From assembly GCF_001194135.2 (NCBI RefSeq), contig NC_068990.1, forward strand, positions 12,621,415 through 12,685,414: a stretch of DNA of 64,000 bases, given 5' to 3'. The notes under the pieces are model-generated. The model worked only from the letters and a program-made list of their open reading frames with translations. It was not told the DNA's origin and ran no database searches. Positions 50,845 through 63,394 of the stretch are shown one piece after another. Numbering within the stretch: the stretch's first letter is position 1; every line of letters begins with the position of its first letter. The stretch comes from Octopus bimaculoides (taxonomy: Eukaryota). The position numbers and the translations under genes are program-made.

Positions 50845-52439
50845 NNNNNNNNNNNNNNNNNNNNNNNNNNNNNNNNNNNNNNNNNNNNNNNNNNNNNNNN
50901 NNNNNNNNNNNNNNNNNNNNNNNNNNNNNNNNNNNNNNNNNNNNNNNNNNNNNNNNNNNNNNNNNNNNNNNNNNNNNNNNNNNNNNNNNNNNNNNNNNNN
51001 NNNNNNNNNNNNNNNNNNNNNNNNNNNNNNNNNNNNNNNNNNNNNNNNNNNNNNNNNNNNNNNNNNNNNNNNNNNNNNNNNNNNNNNNNNNNNNNNNNNN
51101 NNNNNNNNNNNNNNNNNNNNNNNNNNNNNNNNNNNNNNNNNNNNNNNNNNNNNNNNNNNNNNNNNNNNNNNNNNNNNNNNNNNNNNNNNNNNNNNNNNNN
51201 NNNNNNNNNNNNNNNNNNNNNNNNNNNNNNNNNNNNNNNNNNNNNNNNNNNNNNNNNNNNNNNNNNNNNNNNNNNNNNNNNNNNNNNNNNNNNNNNNNNN
51301 NNNNNNNNNNNNNNNNNNNNNNNNNNNNNNNNNNNNNNNNNNNNNNNNNNNNNNNNNNNNNNNNNNNNNNNNNNNNNNNNNNNNNNNNNNNNNNNNNNNN
51401 NNNNNNNNNNNNNNNNNNNNNNNNNNNNNNNNNNNNNNNNNNNNNNNNNNNNGCTTAGTGTGGGAGTTATACATTGTGGAAAGCAGTAAAAGAAGGGGGA
51501 AAGAAGGGGGTATGATTGGGATCCTTGATATTAATTCTTCAAGTGGATTTGTTCTTGGTTTTTTAAAACCTAAACAACTACTCGTTATTTTCTAGTCTCC
51601 GTTCTTCTTTTCTCTCTTTCTCTTTGTGTAAGTGTGTGTGTGTGTGTGTGTGTGTATGCATGTGTGTGTGTGTGTGGGTGTGTGTGTGTGTGTTTATGCA
51701 TGTATATAGATGCACTTTCAGTTCTCATACATAGTGCACCTGTTCATTGATTTGTTACTCTACCTCCTACCCTCTGCTTCTTCCCTCCTTCTCTTTATAA
51801 ACTGCCTCAATTCTCTGCCTTAATTCTCATGGTTCCTCACATCACAGTTCCTTACAGCCTTTCAAATTGTTTTAATTTATTTCTCTCCTATGAACTTTTA
51901 TTAATCTGTTGTTCTCACTGCTCTTTCCAGCTTATTCTCATTCTGCCCTTTTCCTCCTTTGCTGTGTTTATGTATGTGGTTAAGATCAGCTATCAGCCAG
52001 GTGCCCTTCTTATGCCCAGGAGTTGTATTGTGCGGCAGGCATACACTCAACTTTGCTCTTGTTTCAAGTTCATTCTTTGATGTATTCCATCCACAAACGT
52101 CTCTGGCATCCTCTTGATCACCCTTCCACACGTCAGGATGATCTTGGACACTGACCTGTGTTGGCCACACTGTATGTGTAGTCATACTAATGCATATACA
52201 TCCCTTTGTCCCTTGACTCTTTGGTCAGCCTTCTGCCTTATCTCCTATCTCACCCACCTGGCCATCACCATTTCAATTGACATGTGTGGCCATGTTTCCC
52301 CTCATCGTTCCACTGTCTTCCTCATTGCTCAACTTCTACACAACTCATACCACACCCCATACTATTCACACCCCTTCATACACTGGCTTTCCCCTCAACC
52401 TCCCACACATCACTTGAAATCTCTTCTCTACATGCCATT

Positions 52440-52800
52440 TTTTATTTTATCCAGCTTCCATTTCTTTCTGCTTTCTCTGCAGAAGAAAGTAATTCAACAA
52501 CGCGGGTTGATGAACCGTAAGACGTGTGGCCAGAACCTCCTGGAAAATAACCATAGCGAGGGACATTCCACAGTTGAATTAGAACAGTCACAAACAGTGA
52601 AAAAAGACATGCACCCAACACCAGAGCTGAAGACACCTCCGAAAGGAGGGGCCCCGCCACGTCAAAACAGTAGAGGAGTAGGTGCCGAAACCGGACGTGG
52701 TTCCTCCTGATGATGTCTTGAGCTAACTGGATCCTATAAAGGATCTGTTGTGGTAGCAGACCACGAAACATGGTTGAAATTCCTCCCTCCAGCATCCAAA
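52440..52800 (+). other. GC-enriched island with two tandem hammerhead-like motifs (possible Penelope-type terminal repeat relic)
   Basis: CTGAAGA (52627) ... GAAA-CCGG (52687) and CTGATGA (52707) ... GAAA-CATG (52765), with internal hairpins. Confidence 0.45.
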
Positions 52801-52839
52801 ATGTTAGATCTTATCATCTTCCTCATGATATAAAGTACC

Positions 52840-53000
52840 AAGTACACTCTATAAATTGATTGGCATTAGGAAGGGCATCCAACTGTAGAAACCAAGCCAT
52901 AACAGACTATGGAACCTGCTGTGGTCCTTGGCTTTGCCAGTTCTTGTCAAACCGTCCAACCCATGCCAGCATGGAAAGCAGACGTTAAATGATGATGATC
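52840..53000 (+). mobile_element. RTE-type 3' tail
   Basis: ggcattaggaagggcatccaactgtagaaacc...ccaacccatgccagcatggaaagcagacgttaaatgatgatg. Confidence 0.8.
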
Positions 53001-53777
53001 AGTTATTACTTTTTGCCAATACAGAACATCACTAGTTTCCTCAGTTCTTCTGTTTTAATATAAACACTGTAGCTTCTCTTGAGAGGGCATTTAAATTCAT
53101 TAATTTATAAATATAGTTATTTATTTACTGACAGTAGTAATGTTTTGATCAGATGAAAATATAGATTAGGCTATATCACTTCTTCAATCACTAATTTCTT
53201 TTGAAATAGTAATATCCCTTGTGTGTCTTATTGCATTTACTTCTCTATGAAAACTCTAAAGAGTTGATAGAAAATCATTAATCATAATTCTTAAACATAA
53301 CAACTATTAGAGTTAAGTTAATAAAATTAACATTGTTAATAAAAGAGCCATTAAAGAACTAATTAAAAAATAACTGCAGTAACAAAAAATTTTAAATTAT
53401 AAACAAAAAATTAGTCAATGACTAATACTAAAAATTAGTTAATGACTAATACTATTTTCATTTTTTCAGCAAGTACAGGAGATGTCATAGGACATGTTTC
53501 AATCGTATTGTGACCTCACCAGCATAACGTATATTATATTTACAACTGCCAAATGGCTGTTACAACTCCATCACTTTACAGCATCATGTTTCTGCTAAAA
53601 CAAAATACCAATTTAGTCAATGGTTTTACTTTAGCTATATTGTTCTTTTTCTGTGTTAATTTTAACAGCAAATATTCATCTTGATGTAGTAATGTGTTAC
53701 ATTTTCCAGAAATTTGTCTGTAAATGATTTTTTTTTATTGAATTTAATGACTAATTTTTTGTTCTTTTATTTTTCAG

Positions 53778-53985
53778 CTGTTTATGATATCGGTGCTGTT
53801 GCACCAGATACGTACTGTGGCTATACAATACGAGGTGAAAACAAACCTACTGGATACATAGTATCACCGACATACCCTGGCATTTATCCAGACAACTTAT
53901 TTTGCTACTATAAGCTACAAGGGAAACCAAAACAACGGATTAGATTAAAATTTGAAGATTTCTCACTATTTCATGGTGGAGAGTA
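53778..53985 (+). CDS. Internal coding exon of a CUB-domain protein, probably SOL-1-like (suppressor of lurcher; iGluR auxiliary subunit)
   Basis: Polypyrimidine tract plus cag acceptor ending 53777 and gtgagt donor at 53986. Reads (A)VYDIGAVAPDTYCGYTIRGENKPTGYIVSPTYPGIYPDNLFCYYKLQGKPKQRIRLKFEDFSLFHGGE(Y), which has the CUB signature C..G.I.SP.YP..YP....C.Y.....R.RL.F.DF.L. The SOL-1 assignment rests on recalled similarity (SPTYPG.YP, F.LF.GG) and is not a database hit. Confidence 0.9.
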
Positions 53986-54702
53986 GTGAGTATATAAAAC
54001 TTTTTAATCCGTTACCTGAATATGATGTAGAAACCTGAGTGTTTAATTCGTGAAATCTTATTGTTTTTTTTTTCTTTTATTAACCATAAATTATAAAAAT
54101 ATCAAAGGTGAAATACAGATTTTATGCATCTTCTCTACAGCAAGAAAACTGTTCTGCTCTGGCTCCCTTCTCTTATATGTTTACTGATTTTTTTCCCCCT
54201 CATTGTCTATTATAAAGTTGACCCTTCCTCCTTAAGAAGTTCATGGTTTTGAAAAACTGCATAACAGCCTCACTAGTGCTGATGGCCAAAAAGATATCAC
54301 TCAGTAATACTTCAAACTGGTTGGCATCAGGAAGGTCATCTTGCCATAGAAACCAAGTCAAAGGATGCAGGGGAGCATAAAGTAATCCTTGGATCCATCA
54401 GACCTTCTCAAGCCATAGAATTTATACCAGTATGGAACATGGGCTTTAAATGATGGTGATGGTAGTGGTGATGAGAATTTAAACCAAACAAATCAAAGAT
54501 GTTTTGTGTCTGGATATAAATCTGTGGCAAAATCTTTTGGTACTTTATAGAGTGGAATTACAGTCACAGATTAAGACAAAGGTCAATGAAATAATACATT
54601 CAAATCCAAAGGATTATCAGGACTCTCGCATGATGTAATTATTTTACCCATACATATGGGCACATACACACATACTTAGGAAAGGTAAACTATCTCTGGT
54701 AG

Positions 54703-54950
54703 AGGTACGTGGCTTAGTGTTTAGGGTGTCAGCATCATCATTGTAAGATTGTGGTTTCGATTCCAGGACTGGGTGACACATTGTGTTCTTGAGTAAAACA
54801 CATCATTTCACGTTGCTCCAGTCCACTCAGCTGGCAAAAATGAGTAGCGCTGTGATGGACTGGCGTCCTGTTCAGCTGGGGAACACATACACCATTGAAA
54901 CCGGGAAACCGGGCCCATGAGCCTGGCTAGGCTTTAAAAGGGCGCATTTA
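54703..54950 (+). mobile_element. tRNA-derived SINE, family C head/core with alternative tail
   Basis: A box tggcttagtgt, B box ggtttcgattcc, core ttgctccagtccactcagctggcaaaaatgagtag, then gctgtgatggactggcgtcc...gaaaccggg. Confidence 0.85.
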
Positions 54951-55054
54951 TTTTTATTATTAAACTATCTCTAATTTGACTAAATTTCAAAATTTGAATT
55001 GATATATGAAACTTAGCATAATGTTAGTGAAATTTCATTTTCCATTAAATTATA

Positions 55055-55290
55055 CAGGGTGGTCCAAAAGTAGGTTTACATTTATTCAACTATCTCTTTC
55101 ACATTCATATATTAACAGTTTAGATCTTAATTATAAGAAAATATGAAACCATTATTCTATGCTAATTTAGTTAATTTTGTTAAGCTCCCTTTTCAGTTTG
55201 TAAGATAGAAATTTAAAAGTAATAAATTGTTTTAAAAGAAATCTAAAGTGCCTATGTGATAACTGTAAACCTACTTTTGGGGCCACCAAG
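55055..55290. mobile_element. Tc1/mariner-type MITE
   Basis: TA-cagggtggtccaaaagtaggtttaca ... tgtaaacctacttttggggccaccaag-TA. Confidence 0.85.
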
Positions 55291-55344
55291 TACATCATTA
55301 CTCTGTGTTTCATAATTTGTTCTTTGTTTATTTTCATATGCTTG

Positions 55345-55670
55345 GTAAAGGTCTATGGCTTAGTGGTTAGGATATTTGGCTGATGATAATAAGGTCAGGG
55401 GTTTGAATCCCAGCCGTATGTTGTGTCCTTGGCAGGACACGTTATTTCACATTGGTCCAGTCAACTTAGCTGGCAAAAATGGGTTGAATCTGTAGTTCAA
55501 AAGGCCAGCCTTGTCACATTTTCTATCATGCTGAATCTCTCTGACAACTACATGAAGATTACACATGTCTGTGGAGTGCTCAGCAGCTTACACATTCATT
55601 TCACAAGCAGACTGTTCCATTGATCAGATCAACTGGAACCCCTTTCCATTGTAACCAACAAAGTGCCAGT
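55345..55670 (+). mobile_element. SINE family C
   Basis: tggcttagtggttagg / gtttgaatccc boxes; tail collinear with 3994-4318. Confidence 0.85.
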
Positions 55671-56015
55671 TTATTACTATTTTTTTATATGCTTGAAAAT
55701 ACTAACACACTTTTGCTCCTTTATTATATACACATACATGTATGTGTACACATACACACACACACATGCATATATACACGATAGGTAAGATGGATAATGT
55801 TGGGAGTATACTTTTGTAACTGTGGGTAATGTTAGTCAATGTTACATTGAGACATACAGTACAATGTCTGAAATAGAAAGTGTCTTTGTACATAATGTGT
55901 GTGCGTGTGTTTGAGAGAGTGAGAGAGAGAGAGCATGTGTTTGTATATGCATGCATATGTATCTGTGTGTATGTTTGAGAGTGTGTTTGTACATGCATGT
56001 GTGAGTGTGCATATG

Positions 56016-56072
<57 letters not shown>

Positions 56073-56711
56073 GATGCTTATGTCAACAGATTTGCATTTT
56101 CCTGATTCTGAAATTGAAGCCAATCTCTGCAATGTAATCCTTCAGATTGAATTATTGTAAAGTAGATTTAGTTCTTGATCCAGCTGGGATTTTATATGTA
56201 AACTCATCTTCACGCACATGCACAACACGTTCTCATATGTGCACATGCAAACATACCTTCACACACTATACCTTCACACACTACAACTACATACATGTAA
56301 TATGCATGCATATTACACAAAGACATGCACACAAATAAGGAAATACTTTCCAAACTTTGTAAATGTGACTCTGCTGATAAATGAACCTGTAATGCTCAGA
56401 TCCAGAGGTTGATGTTGATACTGTATTCACTTACAGAAACTACAAGTCTATCTCTTTAGTGTAGCACAACTTGCTAGAAATAGCAGTTAAAATCTTTCAA
56501 ATCATACCCAATTACTTAATACAAGAAAGGCACATTTAAAGTAACAGCAGATGTGTGAAATATTAAAAAAAAATAATGGAATTTCTTTGATAGTATGCCT
56601 GTTTGAATATTAATATAACAATATTAATGTAACATGATAATGTTTGTGTTCTAGACTTCTCAAGTATATTCTGTGCTTAAATCCAGTTTCATAGTGTTAA
56701 CGTTTTTGTTA

Positions 56712-56870
56712 CCATCATCATCATCATCATCATCATCGTTTAACGTCCGCTTTCCATGCTAGCATGGGTTGGACTGGTGAAACCGGATGGCAACACCAGG
56801 CTCCAATCTAATTTGGCAGCGTTTCTACAGCTGGATGCCCTTCCTAACGCCAACCACTCAGAGAGTGTAG
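56712..56870 (-). mobile_element. Young RTE 3' end, nearly identical to 11856-12020
   Basis: Matches except for two substitutions and a 15-bp deletion. Confidence 0.9.
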
Positions 56871-56967
56871 CCACTCAAATGCACTAACTGTGATTCAATC
56901 AATTTTTTAAATAATGAAAAATTGAATAAAATAACATTGTCATCATTAATCTGGTGTCTGGAACAAA

Positions 56968-57143
56968 TTAACCCTTTGCGTGGTCTAACCAGTCAGATCA
57001 CACTTTTCCTGTAATGTAGTTCTAAAGCTTACTATCACCTCATCAAAATTTTGAAGCTACAAAACTATCCATGTTTTAATTAAAAACAATTTGAATGAAA
57101 AGACATTACATGTTTCAGAATAATCTGAATGCTCAAGGGTCAA
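56968..57143. mobile_element. piggyBac-type MITE; further aaagggttaa termini at 57603 and 57704
   Basis: ttaaccctttg ... ctgaatgctcaagggtcaa; shares cac.tc.tcaaaat.ttgaagc with 15520-15734. Confidence 0.6.
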
Positions 57144-58159
57144 TCTATTGCTCTCACCATCCCTTCTAGCTCATTCCCACTTTGTCCTCTTACTCTCCTG
57201 CCATGTTATGTATGTAGTCATCATAAGTCATTAATCAGGTGCCTTCTTTGTGTCCAGGGATTGGCTTGTCATAGACAAGCCTTTCCTATATCATTGTATA
57301 TTAATCACCAAACAATAAAATTGATGTTTTCTGCTTCAGCAATATTTTTCCTTTACTTCCTCTAGGTACAGTTTTCATATCCACCATTAAATTATTTCAT
57401 TCTTGCTCCTTAGATGAAATATGTGAAAACATTAAAAGAATCTAGAAAATTATCTTTTGCAAAAAATGACGCTGCAAATATCTCAGCTTCTCTCTGCATA
57501 AGAAGAGAGATTTTTTTTAAATCTTTGAATAAAACATCTTTCTGCAGTTAATGATAATAAAATTTTCATAACATATATCTGCTTTCTACGTTCAAAGGGT
57601 TAACATAAAATTTTGAGGGAAGATTTTAGCTTAGATCACTTTAAAACAGGATTTGTATCACATAACTAGAATGGTCTCAGGTTGATTGGTATCAAAAGGG
57701 TTAAACAAGTGAAATATTACCAATCCACCTGTGGATGTTTCCAGAAGCGTTTATGCTTACATTGGGTATATGTAGTTGAACTGAAGCATAGCAAATTAAA
57801 ACTGTTGTCCAAATACCCAATAAAACATCTTCGATTGTTGTGAGCTGATATTCCATTAACACATCTGCTTGGCCAACAGTAATCTGTGCATACATACAAA
57901 CATAGCTTCACAGAGACCCCTGCATAAACACATTATTACACAAAGACATATACACTCATGTGCATACAACATACATGTGCATGAAACAGACGTTTAATTA
58001 CACAAGCCAGTGAAAGGGTCACCGCATTGTTCCTCAATGTACAACAAACAACAGTCACAACCCCCTCGAATCATATACTACTATCTTTAAAAAAATGGAG
58101 TATACACTGTTTATTGTAGTCCTCGATAAAATGTCTGAAAATAATATCCTTTTTACTTT

Positions 58160-58525
58160 GTTTCTACTTGTTTCAGTCATTGGACCGTGGCCATGCTGGG
58201 GCACCACTTTGAAAAAATCTTTTTTAAGTGTGGTACTTTTTCTTTCAGTTTCTTTTTATTTTTTTGCAAACCACTAAGTTACAGGGACATAAGCAAACCA
58301 ACACTGGTTGTCAAGCTGTGGTTGCTGACGAACACACCTAGAGACATACATATTTGTTTGTGCATGTGTGTATACGATGTGCATCTTTCAGTTTCTGTCC
58401 ACCAAATCCGCTTACAAGGCTTTGATCAGCCTGGGGCTATAGTTAAAGACACTTGCCAAAGATGCTGTGCTGTAGGACTGAACTCAGAACCATGCGACTG
58501 GAAAGCAAACTTTTTACTGTTCAGC
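58160..58525 (-). mobile_element. SINE family A
   Basis: cttgtttcagtcattggacc...ctttcagtttctgtccaccaaatcc...cacttgccaaag. Confidence 0.88.
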
Positions 58526-59284
58526 ATGTAATTTGAGGGAGATTCAGCTTCTATTTCTAGCATGCTGAAAAATTTGTAAAGACTTTTTGATGGCACAATA
58601 TTCAATATTAAGTTGTTTGGTTGTAAAAGCATATACTTTTTGTTTATAACATCATATAACATTGGTTACATATTCTGAGAGGAACAAATTATTCCAGGAA
58701 CTAAGTTTTTACCCTACAAGGCATATAACTGCAGTTAAATGCCAACGTGAGCAGAATTAACAGATATATATTTACAGGCGCATGATGACATACTCAAATC
58801 TAAAAACCATTTCTTTGGTGACACTGCAATAGTCTTAATAATAATAATAACCAATATAAATTGCCTGACAGTTTCATATTACACCATTTAGCTATAACAT
58901 ACCATAATTCAAATTCTTATCAGTTAGATTATGGATATGCCAAGAATTCTAAATTTTCAGATTTCTTCTTGATTTGCTGTATATTCACTATCCAATAAGA
59001 ATATCTATTATATTTATCTACCATTGAGAATTGTAAATATGGCCGCCAGAGAATAGAAACACGCACACACAAAAAAAGAAAATGCACTCATAAAAAAATG
59101 AAAATTCCATTAGTATAGATCATTTTTTTTTTGGACCATTAATTTTTTTATTTTTTATTTTTTTTGTTATTTGCTAACATTGAACATGACATTTTGAATA
59201 ATTATCTTCAGGTGACCTAGAATATACTACAGTTGGGTTTGAATTCAGAACTCTGTTTTTAATGTAAAGTTTCAAGTAGGATAC

Positions 59285-59665
59285 AGGCATGGCTGTGTGT
59301 TTATGAAGCTCGCTTTACAATCATATGGTTTTGGGTTCAGTCCTACTGTATGGTACTTCAGGCAAGTGTCTTCCACTATAGCTCTGATGAACTGACCAAT
59401 ATCCTGTGAGTCTTGTGTGTGAATTTAGTAGACAGAAACTACGTGAAGCCTGTTATGTCTATATATATGTGTTAGTGTATGCATGTGTAGGTGTGTCTAT
59501 TCCTCCATTGTTTGAGAACCGGTGTTGGTTTGTTTCCATCTCCATAACTTAGTGGTTCAGCAAAAGATAGAGACAGAATAAGTACTAGACTGAAGAATAA
59601 ATACTGGTGCCAATTTTCTCAACTAAACCCTTGAAGGTGGTACTCCAGCATGGCCACACTCCAAT
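59285..59665 (+). mobile_element. SINE family A
   Basis: caggcatggctgtgtg head to ctccagcatggccac tail. Confidence 0.88.
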
Positions 59666-60609
59666 GATTAATATGGTGATAAAAATATAACAGATAGAGC
59701 TAGTAGTTTAGAAGACCTGGGAAAGCAGAGCAATCGAATTCATTGTGTCTGAATTGCAAGGATACACACACCGTAGATACTCACCTCTACATTGAGCTGT
59801 GCTGAATAGATAAAACACACACCTTTCCTTTGACAAGATATAACTCTGCTGCATGTAGCTTTGCCAGTTCCACAGTGTTGCTGTTGTTCTGGTTGATGGT
59901 GGTGTCTTCGTGGCAAAACATCCTTTACTAAGCAGATCTAGGACCAGTACCATTCTAGTTAGAGTATGTCTTTTACGTCATATTTTCAAGATGATAGGAA
60001 GTGATTTGTGAGGATTTGGTTGGTATTTCTAGCAGAATTAGTGAGCCCATATTTTTTGTTGACTTGCTATGAAGCCATTAGGATTTCGCTGAGATTTCAT
60101 TATAGATAACTAATTAATCACCAAACTGTAAGAACCAAATATTCTTTTTCTAAAAAGGAAAAAAAAAAAAAAAATCATGAAAATGCCAGCTATATTTCCT
60201 GTTTCACATAACAGTAAACAGTTGCCAAGGAACTAAATCTTTATCTATAAACTAACCTTAAGATTATTGTTTTTGTTCTGTTCAACAGCATCTATATTCT
60301 TTATATATTCTGTAGATCTTTGATTTATAAAAGATAAGAAAGCTAGACACTTTTTATCAATACTCACTTTGTATAGTGCTTGAAGCTTAAGTTTTCTTAA
60401 GAAAATCATTCTGTTTAGAATTAAACTTAATACAAGATCTTCTGTGATGTTGAATTCCTTTATAGAAATGAAGGTGCAAAATAACATGTTATGGCATTTG
60501 CGGCTGTTTTGTGGTTATCTGTGGGTGTAGATTTACTGAAATCGATAGCTGGGAATTAATACTTAACCATGGAGTTGACTTGTGTAGGTGTAATCGCTGC
60601 CCTCGTGGT

Positions 60610-60790
60610 TACTTACTAAGCTAAGCTCTTCACTCTCTATGGAGCATAGGTCATCAACAACTTTCCTTTTCTGTTCTCGACTCTGAACTGTCATTTTCTC
60701 TCCCAGGTCTTCTTGGTTTTGAGTTATCATCAATAGTTCTGTAACTTTCTGTTTTTATTATCAGATTAATCCTCCCTAAGTACAGCAATA
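60610..60790 (-). mobile_element. Bipartite RTE-derived element fragment
   Basis: rc aaagttacagaactattgatgataactcaaaaccaagaagacctgggagag...gttgatgacctatgctccatag (VDDLCS, RTE C-terminus-like). Confidence 0.55.
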
Positions 60791-61029
60791 TATCTTTCAA
60801 CACACGATTTCGCATGAAGAATCTTGTGAAACAAATACAAATATGAAATATTGTATGCTTCAGCCAAGTTAGCAATAAACTGAGAAATACTATCACATTG
60901 TCTCTTCATAAAGAACTGCACCTTCTTCAATCTATACACAAATTCTATCAATTCAACAGGACAGCTCAACCTCTCAAATTATCAAGTTAAGAATATACAG
61001 TGTTATCTGTCAAGTCCAAGTGAGACTGT

Positions 61030-61275
61030 AGTCATGGCCAATGCCAGTGTCTTGCAACTGGTACCCATGCTGTTACATGTAAGAAGCAACCACTCATGGA
61101 GTGGTTGGTGTTAGGAAGGGCATCCAGCTGTAGAAAACATGACAAAAATCAGATTGAAACCTGATGCAGCTTCCCAGCTTACCAGGTCTCAGTCAAACTG
61201 CCCAACCCATGCTAGCATGGAAAACAGTTGTTTGATGACGACGATGATGATAACAATGATGATGATGATGATGAT
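61030..61275 (+). mobile_element. RTE-type 3' tail
   Basis: ggttggtgttaggaagggcatccagctgtagaaa...ccaacccatgctagcatggaaaac...(GAT)n. Confidence 0.85.
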
Positions 61276-61289
61276 TTCACTTGCTATTA

Positions 61290-61620
61290 CACACATCTAC
61301 TTTAGCCTTTCAGTAATCATGGAGTCTCAGCCATCATTGATTTCTCTCCACTCTTCTTAACTCTTGATAGTCTTTAGATCTTCCTCTCCTAACTCTTGGT
61401 GGTTTTAGTTGTCATAAATGCTTCTGTAACTTCGCCTTTACTTGTTAGGGATGTTGGCCCTTTGCAAACCCAGTTTTACCTCTGGGAAAAGGGGTCAGTA
61501 TTAGTTTGGCCTCTGTCCTTTGACTTATCCATGGGAGGCCCTCCAAGGAGCCTGCACTCTGCTGCCATAGCTCTATTTTATTAAAGCACACAAAGTTACA
61601 ACATTGCAACAAGGGCTAGA
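61290..61620 (-). mobile_element. Bipartite RTE-derived element
   Basis: rc ggcctcccatggataagtcaaaggacagaggccaaacta...gttacagaagc...ggagaggaag...gagtggagagaaatcaatgatggc. Confidence 0.6.
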
Positions 61621-61963
61621 CCTCGTGGTAGAGTGCTCTGTTGGTGCTACTCCATATTTAGAATATGATGGTGGCCAATACTATCAGTATTTCTGCTTCT
61701 CTCTTTGATAAAGATTTTGGTGTTTCTAAGTTCAAAACCAGCAAATATCAAGGAAGTCTCATTCATTCATACTGATTCAGTCAGTAAAGTAAGAATCAGT
61801 AATATTTTCTATGCAAAATATGAGGCAGAAACAATACTTGATACTGCCACAATTACATTGCAAACTGAGTCAATAGGGAAGCCTTTATGTAGTTGACATG
61901 ATAGAAATAGCAGCCAAATATCTCTCAAAACCAATTGTATTAACTTAAAACAGATGGTAAGGT

Positions 61964-62160
61964 GGTGAGCTGGCAGTATCATTTGCATGCCAGGCAAAAT
62001 GCTTAATGACATTTCATCCATCTTTATGTTCTGAATTCAAATTCTGTCAAGGTCAACTTTGCCTTTCGTCATTTCGGGGTCAATGAGATAGGTACTATTA
62101 ATAGACATATCCCCTTTCCTGAAATTGCAGGCCTTCTGCCAAAATTTGAAACCAATATCT
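61964..62160 (+). mobile_element. SINE family B
   Basis: ggtggtgagctggcag...gaattcaaattctgtcaaggtcaactttgcctttc. Confidence 0.85.
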
Positions 62161-63394
62161 TGAAACAGGCCAGATAGGTTGAATAAACTACTCTTCCATA
62201 CACAATATCTAGAAATAATATAAAATGAAAAACAAAAGTAAAGAAATAGGGGATGATCATGACTTTAACAATAAGATCTGCTGTTTAGATCTGACTTGGA
62301 GGCTAAACAACAACAAAAAAAGCATTTCTATAATTCCTATTATGTATTCTTATTGTTTTAAAGTAATTTAAACTTTATAACAAAGCCTAATGACCTAATA
62401 TATATCTCTTAATGTAATTAAATATAACAAAATGTACAACATCATCACAACTATGACCATAGCAAGGATGTTGCAGATTTAAACAAATATATTTGTCAAT
62501 ATATATATATATATGAGTATGTGAATGTATGTATAATATACATGTGCCAGTGTGTGCAACATATGTATATGTATGTATGAGCGCATGCAATGTATGTATA
62601 GATGTGTATGCATCAGTGTGTGTTATGTATGTGTATGTGTGTATAATGTTTATTTTACTGCAAAATCTGGTTTACTGAGAAACTGTTTGAATAACCAATG
62701 AAGTTAATCTATGATCTGTTTCACTTTATTTTCATATATCTATTTAGCATTATTATTATTTTTTTATAATCTTATTCTATATTTCTCTAAAAGTAACACA
62801 TTTTTATCTAAAATTTGTGCAAACCCAATCAGCAAAATGGCTAGTTTTTATCAATATTTGGCTACATACCAAATGTGATAAGAGATTCCACTAAGAATTG
62901 TATTGTTTTGGCAGGTGCTGTATAAAAGACATACATAGGCATTACTGGCCCTTTAATTAGTCTCAGGAGATTATTTGCCATATATTTTCAGAAATGGGTA
63001 GCCTAGTTTTCAAAAATAAGTAGCCTAATTTGTTTGTTTCCATGGCTTAAAATAGAAGCTCATAATCGATCCGCTCATCTTTGTCTTACCATTTCCCTTT
63101 TGGCTTTTATTAGAAATAATGAGTAAAAAATTATATCATGTTTTTGATTTTGATATAAATTAGTCAGAGGAGAAAGAAGAAATATCGTGACCTTTTTTAC
63201 AGGGCCTCCAAGATTAGTGAGAGGAAAGAGAGGGCAAGTAACAAGTGGTCATTAGTTGTAGTAAAAAACAGAACACTAAGATATCCAATTAATCTTTGAC
63301 TGTAAACATGGTCATGATGTTTGCTACACGATGGATACTGCTATAAGCTCTTATCCTTCAGGTGGTAGTATTAACCTCTTTAAATTCTATCTTT

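Noticed and set aside
52114-52795. 198-aa and 117-aa ORFs
   Set aside because: No recognisable domain; they overlap low-complexity and repeat-derived sequence.
53470-53530. Strong AG acceptor at 53469 as a possible extra exon or microexon
   Set aside because: All frames hit stop codons within 60 nt, and the candidate GT donors are weak or give a phase incompatible with the phase-1 CUB exon.
54703-54775. tRNA gene
   Set aside because: A and B boxes are present but run into a SINE core with no intact cloverleaf or poly-T terminator.
60766-60969. ORF with faint Gypsy RT/RNase H resemblance (LKKVQFFM...FIANLAE)
   Set aside because: Too few conserved residues and no other pol motifs; the adjacent sequence is better explained as an RTE derivative.
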